This document shows positions 10,609 through 18,478 of a stretch of DNA of 64,000 nucleotides, piece after piece. The notes beneath the pieces were generated by a model, which worked only from the letters and a program-made list of their open reading frames with translations, was not told the origin of the DNA and ran no database searches. Source of the DNA: Nitrospirota bacterium (GTDB lineage Bacteria > Nitrospirota > Thermodesulfovibrionia > Thermodesulfovibrionales > JdFR-88); assembly GCA_021813765.1 (NCBI GenBank), contig JAKAJM010000002.1, positions 28,853-92,852 of the forward strand. Reading direction: 5' to 3'. The position numbers were made by a program, and so were the translations under genes. Position 1 is the stretch's first letter. The number at the start of each line of letters is the position of its first letter.

Positions 10609-10774
10609 CCGCTTGATTATATCAGATATCTTATTTCCAAGTCCGCTCAATAAACAAAGAAAAAACTTTACAAAAGATTTTTGGCTTTTTTATGTAAATT
10701 TTTTAAAAAATTTCCATTTTTTGTCTTGGAATTTGAAAAAAACCGGCCTAAAGAGAGAAAAAAGGGGGTCTAAG

Positions 10775-10803
10775 TTGACAAATTTATAACTTTAGGCTAA
10801 AAA
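10775..10803 (+). promoter_or_regulatory. candidate sigma-70 promoter of the PEPCK-like gene
   Basis: TTGACA - 17 nt - TAAAAA lies in an AT-rich divergent intergenic region, about 30 nt upstream of the SD GGAGGAATGAATG. Confidence 0.5.
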
Positions 10804-10830
10804 TATCTAATTGAATTTTTGGAGGAATGA

Positions 10831-12495
10831 ATGGCTACTTTCCAGAAAAAACCGTTATCGGCGTGGAGGGCGGCGGTGGAGTCCGCCTTTCTGGCAAACT
10901 CCGTAAAAAAGGTGGGCATGGCCGAGCTTTACCGGCTTGCCCTGAAGCAGCCTGAGGTCATCGAGACCACGGAGCCCATGTACCAGCCGGAGCAGTACGG
11001 TCTGCCCGCCGATGCGAAGGTGCTCATATCAAACGACGGCGGGGTAGTGGGCAGGACCGCCAAGGCCAGGAGGCTTGTCAGGGAGCTTTCAAAGGAGGAC
11101 AGCGACAAGTTGCAGGGCATTCTGCTTGAGGCGCTCTACCAGCTGAACCGCAGGTCCGGCCTCTGGCTTGAGGGCATAGTGGGGCTGCACCCCAGCTTCA
11201 TGATAAAGGCCCATCTGCTTTCCCCGGAGACGGATGCCAAGAACATGATGGACTGGGGGTTCAATTTCACCCCGTTCATAGAGCCCTGGGCCACCACCTT
11301 CAGGAAATCCAGGGTGCTCAACGAGCCCGACATCCTTGTAGTGGCGGACCCCGAATGGAAGCACCCGGATCATCCAAGCGGGCTGGTCATAATAGACGAG
11401 AAGGAAAACTGCATAGCCATCCTGGGAATGAGGTATTTTGGGGAGAGGAAAAAAGGCACCCTCACGCTGGCCTGGACGATAGGCGTGCGCCACAATATGG
11501 TGGCCTGCCATGGCGGGATAAAGACCATAGGCGGAAACCCCCCGGTTGCGGTATTTGGCCTTTCGGGCTCCGGCAAATCCTCCATAACAAACAGCCTGGA
11601 CCATGAGGGTACGCTCAGGCCGGACGAAAAGGTCACAGTGGTGCACGATGACGCCTTCCTCATAGATTTCGAGAACAACCTGACAACGGCCCTCGAACCC
11701 TCCCTCTTTGACAAGACGGACGCGGTGCGGTTCAACGACCCCATCATCAGGTATTTCTACTCCGCGCAGAACGTGGCCGTCCTTGAAACGCCGGAGGGCG
11801 AGAGGAAGATAGTGGCGGAGGACATAAGGAACGACAACGGGCGGTGCATAAAGTCCCGCGACATGTTCAACCACGCCGACTATTGCGCGGCGCCGGGCAA
11901 GGTCATCTGGCTTCAGAAGGACACGAGCCTGCCTCCCATATGCAGGATAAATTCCGCGGGCCTGGCCGTGGCCATGGGGGCATCCCTTTCCACCCTCCGG
12001 GCCAAAGGCGTGGAAAACGTGGACCCGAAGGAGTTAAACAGGCTGGTCATAGAGCCTTTTGCCAATCCCTTCCGGGTGCACCCGCTGATTGTGGACTGCC
12101 AGCAGTTCATGAAGCTGTTCAAGGCGGGCTGCGAGTGCTACATAATGAACACTCACGCCTTCGGGCTTCCGGGCGACCTTGTGGACATACCCAAGGAGCT
12201 GTCGCTCAAGATAATGACGGAGCTTGTGCGGGGCAACATAGAATGGCGCGACTGGAAGCGCTTCCAGGGCATGTCTATCCCCAAAAATGGCAACGACCTG
12301 TTCGGCCCGGACTACGACAAGAAATACAAGCCCTCCAGGGTTGCCGCCTACATGGAGTTCCTCCGTGACCGGATGCAGGACAGGATCACCTACCTGTCCA
12401 ACAAGAGGGACCTGGAGCAGGACATGGACAGCTCCTTCATAGACCCGCTCGTGGTCGCAAGGACGGTAATAGACAAGGTGCTGAACCCGGTCTAG
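10831..12495 (+). CDS. phosphoenolpyruvate carboxykinase (ATP)-family protein, divergent
   Basis: Kinase-1a-like FGLSGSGKSSITN, RYFGERKKG (compare YAGEMKKG), and HDDAFLID (compare the DDEHGW region). The N-terminal part is diverged from canonical PckA. Confidence 0.7.
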   Translation: MATFQKKPLSAWRAAVESAFLANSVKKVGMAELYRLALKQPEVIETTEPMYQPEQYGLPADAKVLISNDGGVVGRTAKARRLVRELSKEDSDKLQGILLEALYQLNRRSGLWLEGIVGLHPSFMIKAHLLSPETDAKNMMDWGFNFTPFIEPWATTFRKSRVLNEPDILVVADPEWKHPDHPSGLVIIDEKENCIAILGMRYFGERKKGTLTLAWTIGVRHNMVACHGGIKTIGGNPPVAVFGLSGSGKSSITNSLDHEGTLRPDEKVTVVHDDAFLIDFENNLTTALEPSLFDKTDAVRFNDPIIRYFYSAQNVAVLETPEGERKIVAEDIRNDNGRCIKSRDMFNHADYCAAPGKVIWLQKDTSLPPICRINSAGLAVAMGASLSTLRAKGVENVDPKELNRLVIEPFANPFRVHPLIVDCQQFMKLFKAGCECYIMNTHAFGLPGDLVDIPKELSLKIMTELVRGNIEWRDWKRFQGMSIPKNGNDLFGPDYDKKYKPSRVAAYMEFLRDRMQDRITYLSNKRDLEQDMDSSFIDPLVVARTVIDKVLNPV

Positions 12496-12516
12496 GCGCA
12501 AAAAAAATTTGTGAGA

Positions 12517-12547
12517 AAAGGGGGCCGGGACAGGCCCCTTTTTTTGC
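12517..12547 (+). terminator. rho-independent terminator after the PEPCK-like gene
   Basis: Stem GGGGCC/GGCCCC with flanking A/T extension, followed by TTTTTTT. Confidence 0.75.
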
Positions 12548-12929
12548 TCTTCAGGGTTTTTTTTGTGCGAGGCGAGGGGCATTCTCTGCGCTTCTGCTCC
12601 AAAAAGCCTTTGGCTTCCTGGGGAACTGACCTGGTCCGCCGTGTCCCGCGATAGGCGCACAGTGGCGGTTTTGTTTAGTGAGGGCGGGCGCGGCTTACAT
12701 GAAATGAATAGCGAGTGAAGCAGGCGATTCCGGCAAAATGATTTATCGCTGCATCCGATGCCCGCAGGGCATAAATACGGCAAACGGCAGTCGCCCCGCG
12801 CTATATCGCAGAGGGTCGCTGCGGCCACTGCGCTCTCAGTCTCATATCGGGGGCATTTCCCTGAAGTATGCGGGGATAAATGTTAATCTATATATCAAAA
12901 ATGAAAAGGGGCAAAGGGGTCTTTAAACA

Positions 12930-13613
12930 GTGGACAGCATTTTAAGGCAGTTATCCATTTCGCTCGTCCCCATCCTTATTGCGGTCACCTTTCACGAGGT
13001 TGCGCATGGATATGTGGCCTACCTCCAGGGGGACAGGACGGCAAAATCCATGGGCAGGCTAACCCTGAACCCCCTTGCGCACATAGACCCGATCGGCACG
13101 GTGTTCATGCCGCTTGCCCTTCTCGTGCTTACCAGGGGGCAGTTCGTCTTTGGCTATGCCAAGCCTGTGCCCATAAATCCGTACAACTTCAGGAATCCCA
13201 GAAAGGGGATGGCGCTAAGCGCCCTTGCCGGGCCGCTGACCAACATGGTCATTGCGATCATAAGCGGAGTGCTGCTCGCTTATGCCCTCCTGCCCCTGGC
13301 CTCGATTACCGGCCCTGATACTTTTTCCCGCATCATCAAGCCTGTGGGCGAGATGCTTAAGCAGAGCGTCTGGATAAACCTGCTGCTTGCCGCCTTCAAT
13401 CTTATCCCCATTCCTCCGCTTGACGGCGGAAGGGTGCTTGCCGGGCTGCTTCCCGCAAGGCAGGCCTATACATTTGAGAAGCTGGAGCGGTTTGGTTTTA
13501 TAATTGTGATGCTGCTTATATTCACCGGGATCGCGTCCTATTTCATAGACCCCATGATGAGGCTCTTTCTGGCGGTCCTCGGTTTCTTCACGAAAGGCGG
13601 GATAGGGTTATGA
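12930..13613 (+). CDS. site-2 protease family (peptidase M50) membrane metalloprotease
   Basis: HEVAHG (HExxH) lies in the first TM region and NLIPIPPLDGG lies in a later TM segment. Confidence 0.85.
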   Translation: MDSILRQLSISLVPILIAVTFHEVAHGYVAYLQGDRTAKSMGRLTLNPLAHIDPIGTVFMPLALLVLTRGQFVFGYAKPVPINPYNFRNPRKGMALSALAGPLTNMVIAIISGVLLAYALLPLASITGPDTFSRIIKPVGEMLKQSVWINLLLAAFNLIPIPPLDGGRVLAGLLPARQAYTFEKLERFGFIIVMLLIFTGIASYFIDPMMRLFLAVLGFFTKGGIGL

Positions 13614-14593
13614 AAAGGGTGTTAAGCGGTATGCAGGCAAGCGGGAAACTCCACCTGGGAAACCTGGTTGGCGCCCTTCAGAACTGGGTGAGGCTGCAGC
13701 AGCAGTATGAGTGTTTTTATTTCGTTGCGGACTGGCACGCGCTGACCTCCGGGTACCAGGACCCATCAGTCATTAAGGAAAGCACGATGGACCTGCTTTT
13801 GAATTTCCTTTCAGCGGGACTGGACCCTGAAAAATGCACCGTATTTGTCCAGTCCATGGTGCCCGAGCACACCGAGCTCCACCTCGTGCTATCCATGATA
13901 ACCCCGCTTGGCTGGCTCGAAAGGGTTCCCACGTACAAGGAGAAAAGGGAGGAGCTCCAGGACAGGGACCTATCCACCTACGGCTTTCTGGGATACCCGG
14001 TCCTGCAGTCGGCGGACATACTCATATACAGGGCGGACTATGTGCCCGTGGGCCAGGACCAGCTTCCGCACCTGGAGATAACCCGCGAGATCGCCCGCAG
14101 GTTCAACCACCTGTACGGCCAGGTCCTGCCGGAGCCAGATGGGCTTTTGACCGAATTCCCCAAGGTGCCGGGCGTTGACGGCAGGAAGATGAGCAAGAGC
14201 TACGGCAACGCCATTTACCTTAGCGACGAGCCTTCGGAGGTCGAGACAAAGATAAAGACGATGATGACGGACCCGGCAAGGAAGCGCCGCACCGATCCGG
14301 GCAACCCGGAGCTCTGCCCGGTTTATCACCTGCACAAGATATTCTCTTCCTCCGATGAGAAGGACTGGGTGGTGAAGGGATGCATAAGCGCCGGCATCGG
14401 CTGCCTGGACTGCAAGGGCGTGCTCATCAGAAACGTCATGGCCGTGCTTGAGCCCATTTGGGAGAAAAGAAGGTCGCTCATGGGAAACCCCTCCTACCTT
14501 AAGGACGTGGTAAACGAGGGGTCAAGGAAGGCCGGTGACGCCGCAAGGGCCACGATGTGCGCGGTGAAAGACGCCCTCGGGTGGTTTTCCTAG
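13610..14593 (+). CDS. trpS: tryptophan--tRNA ligase
   Basis: HIGH-type GKLHLGN and KMSKS are present, with class Ic length. The start overlaps the upstream stop codon (ATGA). Confidence 0.95.
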   Translation: MKRVLSGMQASGKLHLGNLVGALQNWVRLQQQYECFYFVADWHALTSGYQDPSVIKESTMDLLLNFLSAGLDPEKCTVFVQSMVPEHTELHLVLSMITPLGWLERVPTYKEKREELQDRDLSTYGFLGYPVLQSADILIYRADYVPVGQDQLPHLEITREIARRFNHLYGQVLPEPDGLLTEFPKVPGVDGRKMSKSYGNAIYLSDEPSEVETKIKTMMTDPARKRRTDPGNPELCPVYHLHKIFSSSDEKDWVVKGCISAGIGCLDCKGVLIRNVMAVLEPIWEKRRSLMGNPSYLKDVVNEGSRKAGDAARATMCAVKDALGWFS

Positions 14594-14623
14594 AAAAAAT
14601 TTTCCTTTCCAAAAAATCTGAAA

Positions 14624-14650
14624 AGAGAGGCCGCTTTGGCGGCCTCTTTT
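14624..14650 (+). terminator. rho-independent terminator after trpS
   Basis: GAGGCCGC-TTTG-GCGGCCTC followed by TTTT. Confidence 0.7.
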
Positions 14651-14801
14651 CATCAAACAGTCCTGCATACGTGACTCATATCACATAAAGCGCCTGAAAC
14701 GTAAGTACCGCAAAATCCTTGCCTAAAGTTAACGGCTTTTTTTCACGACAAAGAACAAAGAGCTCTTTTTTGACCCCAAACCACTGACATGGAGGACGAG
14801 G

Positions 14802-15053
14802 ATGATTACAAACGTACCGGCATCAAATGCAGCACAGCCCCCGGACCTGTCCAGACCTGTGAATGGGAAACCGGCGCAGGAGAGTCTGCGGCAAGGCCCA
14901 AAAGACGTCGTTCAGATCAGTAGCGCCGGCCAGTCGGCGTTGCAGGAGGCAACCGAGACCCACGAGCAAACCGTAAAGGAGGCCATGTCGGGAGATATCC
15001 AGGCGCAGAGGCTGCTCGCAAGAGAGGCAGCGGAGAAAGCATCCGGGCTCTGA
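14802..15053 (+). CDS. hypothetical small protein
   Basis: 83-aa ORF with ATG preceded by GGAGGACGAGG. The protein is Gln/Ala/Glu-rich and I recognise no family. Confidence 0.5.
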   Translation: MITNVPASNAAQPPDLSRPVNGKPAQESLRQGPKDVVQISSAGQSALQEATETHEQTVKEAMSGDIQAQRLLAREAAEKASGL

Positions 15054-15299
15054 GCCGCGCTCTATCGGCGCTCTGTCCGGCCCGGTCATGAACGGTTAGC
15101 GCGGGCAGAGCGCCGCTTCCACAAAAAGAGGGGCATCGCCGGAAAGCGGTTCTTTTTCTGACAGTTTGGTATTAAAGTTCCTGTGAACAGGGGAGTCGCC
15201 AGTATTATTACCTTGACACTGGAAAAGCGATTTTTTTTAAATAAAGGAAATTTAAAAAATGTTTTCCGGTCCGGGCAGGGCCGGGGCGGGGGGGGTAAA

Positions 15300-15884
15300 A
15301 TGCGTTCCGGGAAAAAAACAGCGGCAGTTCCCTTTGTATTGTTGATGCTTGTGGCGGCGATATGCGCAAACGCGCTCTTTCTCTTTTTTGTGTCCTCTGC
15401 GGGGGCTTTTGGGGACCCTTTTTTTCAGGCCATAGACAGGGATGATATCAAGGCCGTCCGGTCAATGCTCGACCAGGGCAGGGACGCAAGCGCGAAGAAC
15501 GATTTTGGCATAACGCCGCTGATGGAGGCGGCCGCCGCCGGCTCCGGAGACATTGTTCGCCTTCTGGTAAGCAAGGGCGCGGACGTGAACGCTCAGGACA
15601 AAGACACAGGCATGACGGCGCTGATAAATGCCGGTTTAATGCACCATGCAAAGACCATGCGGCTTCTTATAGACCATGGAGCGGATGTCAATGCGAAATT
15701 CAAGGACGGCACGACTGCGTTGATGTTGGCCGCCGCAGACGGTTTCGGGGACATTGTGCGGCTCCTAATAAAAAAGGGGGCGGACGTAAGGGCGGCAGGC
15801 AGCGGGCATAGCGTGCTGGACTGGGCTAAACGGTCCGGAAAGCCGGAGATCGTGCGCATCCTCGAACAGGCCGGAGCAAAATAG
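15300..15884 (+). CDS. ankyrin-repeat protein with N-terminal signal/TM segment
   Basis: MRSGKKTAAVPFVLLMLVAAICANALF is followed by four ANK repeats (GITPLMEAAAAGSGDIVRLLVSKGADVNA..., TALMLAAADGFGDIVRLLIKKGADV...). Confidence 0.85.
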   Translation: MRSGKKTAAVPFVLLMLVAAICANALFLFFVSSAGAFGDPFFQAIDRDDIKAVRSMLDQGRDASAKNDFGITPLMEAAAAGSGDIVRLLVSKGADVNAQDKDTGMTALINAGLMHHAKTMRLLIDHGADVNAKFKDGTTALMLAAADGFGDIVRLLIKKGADVRAAGSGHSVLDWAKRSGKPEIVRILEQAGAK

Positions 15885-16059
15885 CGGGGCAGGGACCATC
15901 CCCTGCCACTTAACGCCACCGCCTATTTTCAGCATGTGATCGGGCGGCTTAAAAAAACTGCCTGAATGACTGCCAAAGCATAAGAAGATTTTTTATTCAA
16001 AGAACTTTTGGAACACTGTCCCTGCTGTAGTAAGATAATCGCAGGAGGACCTTCATGCC

Positions 16060-16575
16060 ATGGACGTTTACGGCGCGATAAAGGAGAGGCGCAGCATCAG
16101 GCGTTTTGAGAAAAGGGAAATTCCCGACGATGCCGTCGGCAGGCTGATCGAAGCCCTCCTATGGGCCCCGAGCGCCGGGAACCTTCAGTCCAGGAAATTC
16201 TATTTCGTAAAAGATGCAGCCCTCAAGCGGAGGCTGGCCTCGGAGGCGCTGGGGCAGCGTTTCATGGAAGACGCCCCTATTGTGATGGTGGCCTGCGCGG
16301 ACGAAAAATCGGCCGCAAAGAGGTACGGGCAGAGAGGGGCCGGGCTCTACTGTGTCCAGGATGCGTCCATCAGCGTCATGTGCCTGATGCTTGCGGCCAG
16401 GGAGCTTGGCATAGGAAGCGTTTGGGTGGGTGCTTTCAATGAGGAGGGTGTCTCCAGGGTGTTGGGCCTGCCAGCGGGCTTAAGGCCGGTTGCCATTGTG
16501 CCCATGGGCTTCCCGGCCGAATCCCCCAAGGCCCCAAAAAGGGTCTCTCCGGAAGAAGCGGTTATTTTTCTGTAA
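16060..16575 (+). CDS. nitroreductase family protein
   Basis: RRSIRRF...APSAGNLQ...GIGSVWVGAF pattern. Confidence 0.85.
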   Translation: MDVYGAIKERRSIRRFEKREIPDDAVGRLIEALLWAPSAGNLQSRKFYFVKDAALKRRLASEALGQRFMEDAPIVMVACADEKSAAKRYGQRGAGLYCVQDASISVMCLMLAARELGIGSVWVGAFNEEGVSRVLGLPAGLRPVAIVPMGFPAESPKAPKRVSPEEAVIFL

Positions 16576-16592
16576 ATAAAACCGCCGGACCG

Positions 16593-16898
16593 TCAGTAAG
16601 CGGGGGGTACGTAGAAGTTCAGCATCTCAAGCGGGTTTGTGTCCGTGTTCCTGATCTCATGCGTGTCCCCTTTTTCGATGAGGACAAGGCTGCCCGGCTT
16701 AAGCCTGATCTCCTTTCCGTTTACCACGGCCACTCCTTCTCCGGATATGACAAAAAGCCACTGGTCACTTTTCTCGTGGCGGTCCCCCGGGCCTCCCTCG
16801 ACACCCCCTTGCTCTATGACCATCCGTGCCGCCTGGGCCCTTTCATTGCTAAGGAGCACTTCGAACCCTCTTCCATAGACCACCGCGGTCTTTTCCAT
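16593..16898 (-). CDS. cupin-domain protein
   Basis: 101 aa with ...HEKSDQWLFVISGEG...GSLVLIEKGDTHEIRN, the two cupin motifs. Confidence 0.75.
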   Translation of the reverse strand: MEKTAVVYGRGFEVLLSNERAQAARMVIEQGGVEGGPGDRHEKSDQWLFVISGEGVAVVNGKEIRLKPGSLVLIEKGDTHEIRNTDTNPLEMLNFYVPPAY

Positions 16899-17064
16899 AG
16901 GGATGCCTCTCTTCTTTTTTGCTTTTTCTCTTTTTGCCTTTTGCTTGCCGTGCCGCTGCGCTTCGGCACCTGGGCACGGCTGCCCGGTCCCTGATTATTT
17001 TTTATCAGGCATGCAGCTTGCAGTCAATATTTTCTTTTCCGGCGTGCCAAAGTCAATTTCCTGG

Positions 17065-17400
17065 TGTGGTGTCCCCAAAAGTTTTCAGCATTAATCCGTC
17101 TGTCATTCCCGCAAGCGAAGCGCGGCGGGAATCCCTGTTTTTAAAGTCGATCCCGCCCGTTTTATCCGCGATCAGAACAAATCTGGCCGGGATGACCCGC
17201 TTATGACAGTTATTTATGGGACACCACAGAATGGCGCTAGTGTGGTGAGTCATAAATTCCTTTGCATAAAAGACTTAGCTGTCATTCCGGGCTCGACCCG
17301 GAATCAAGCGACTTGGCTTTGTTTGCAGGTAAAAGTCACTGGCCAGGGAGCGGCCTTCGCCGGTATGACGGCTATGCGGCATAATGGCCAGTACCTTTTA
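17065..17400. repeat. cluster of MITE/REP-like repeats (locus A)
   Basis: Unit 17065-17228 is bounded by the inverted ends GTGTGGTGTCCC / GGGACACCAC. It contains the palindrome ATTCCCGC..GCGGGAAT (17102-17133). A second unit starts with the arm CTAGTGTGGTGAGTCATAAATTCCTTTGCAT (17237-17267) and contains GTCATTCCGGGCTCGACCCGGAATC (17281-17305). Both units are homologous to sequences at 38469-38820 and 46546-46687. Confidence 0.75.
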
Positions 17401-17482
17401 AATGAGTTTTTCATGGAAGAAACCCTTAAACCAGCGCCATTCGGGAACCCACACAAAATATCTTGGTGTAAAATAAGGGTCT

Positions 17483-18478
17483 ATGAAAAAAGGAAGGCTT
17501 AAAAGGATCGCGGTGACCATAGGCGAGCCGGGTGGGATAGGGCCTGAGGTGGCTGTAAAGGCAGCCTTCAGCCAGGAGGTAACCCGGGTATGCGCCCCGG
17601 TGCTGATAGGCGGCAGGGTGCCGGTTGAGAAGGCGCTCGGGATGCTTGGTCTCGATGTGCGGCTCCGTTTCATTGCCGCCCCCGAGGACAGCCATCCGGA
17701 GGCCGGGGTTTTGGAGGTGATCGAAACCGGGCGGCTTGAGCCGCGGGCCTTCAGGGCCGGAGCGCCGACCGCCGCAGGCGGGGCTGCATCCTATGAATAC
17801 ATAGAAAGGGCCGCCAGGCTTGCCCTTGAGGGCAGGGTGGCCGCCATCTGCACCGCGCCCATCTCCAAGGAGGCGCTCGGGATGGCCGGAATAAAATACC
17901 CAGGGCACACCGAGATGCTTGCCAGGCTTACCGGGGCCTCCGACTTTGCCATGATGCTCATCGGCGGGCCCCTGAGGGTGCTCCTTGTTACCACCCATGC
18001 TGCCATCAAAAAAGTGCCGCGCCTGATAAGCAGGGAGGCCGTTGCCGCGAAGATAGAGCTTGCCGCAAAGGCGGCAAGGATGCTTGGGATCAGAAGGCCA
18101 AGGATCGCGGTCTGCGGCCTAAACCCGCACGCGGGGGAGGCGGGGCTTTTTGGCTCCGAGGAGATAGAGAAGATAGCCCCTGCCGTGCGCGAGGCGAAGG
18201 ACAGGGGTATAAGGGTGCAGGGACCGATAGCCGCCGATGCGCTTTTCAGGAAGGCCTATGCCGGGCAGGTGGACATAGTCGTTGCGATGTACCACGACCA
18301 GGGGCTTATCCCGCTTAAGATGGTGGCGTTTGAAAAGGGGGTCAATGTAACGGTGGGGCTTCCCATCATAAGGACCTCCCCGGACCACGGCACCGCCTAT
18401 GACATAGCGTGGAAGGGCAAGGCGGACCCTTCCAGCATGATAGAGGCGATGAAGACCGCCCTTTCTCTCAGACTATGA
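17483..18478 (+). CDS. pdxA: 4-hydroxythreonine-4-phosphate dehydrogenase
   Basis: IAVTIGEPGGIGPE...GHTEMLA...NPHAGE...MYHDQG...TSPDHGTA. Confidence 0.9.
   Translation: MKKGRLKRIAVTIGEPGGIGPEVAVKAAFSQEVTRVCAPVLIGGRVPVEKALGMLGLDVRLRFIAAPEDSHPEAGVLEVIETGRLEPRAFRAGAPTAAGGAASYEYIERAARLALEGRVAAICTAPISKEALGMAGIKYPGHTEMLARLTGASDFAMMLIGGPLRVLLVTTHAAIKKVPRLISREAVAAKIELAAKAARMLGIRRPRIAVCGLNPHAGEAGLFGSEEIEKIAPAVREAKDRGIRVQGPIAADALFRKAYAGQVDIVVAMYHDQGLIPLKMVAFEKGVNVTVGLPIIRTSPDHGTAYDIAWKGKADPSSMIEAMKTALSLRL

Noticed and set aside
12560-12929. A ~370-nt gap upstream of the M50 protease gene with GCCACTG/CAGTGGC complementarity, considered as a possible riboswitch or sRNA.
   Set aside because: It contains only short, imperfect complementarity and one small hairpin (ATGCCC-GCA-GGGCAT). 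It has no recognisable conserved core, and the downstream gene has no known riboswitch class. The region is left unannotated.
14802-15053. Anti-sigma-28 factor FlgM, or a YjfB-like motility protein.
   Set aside because: The only resemblance is a ...VVQISSAGQSAL... segment. The C-terminal FlgM helix pattern is absent, and the window contains no flagellar genes.
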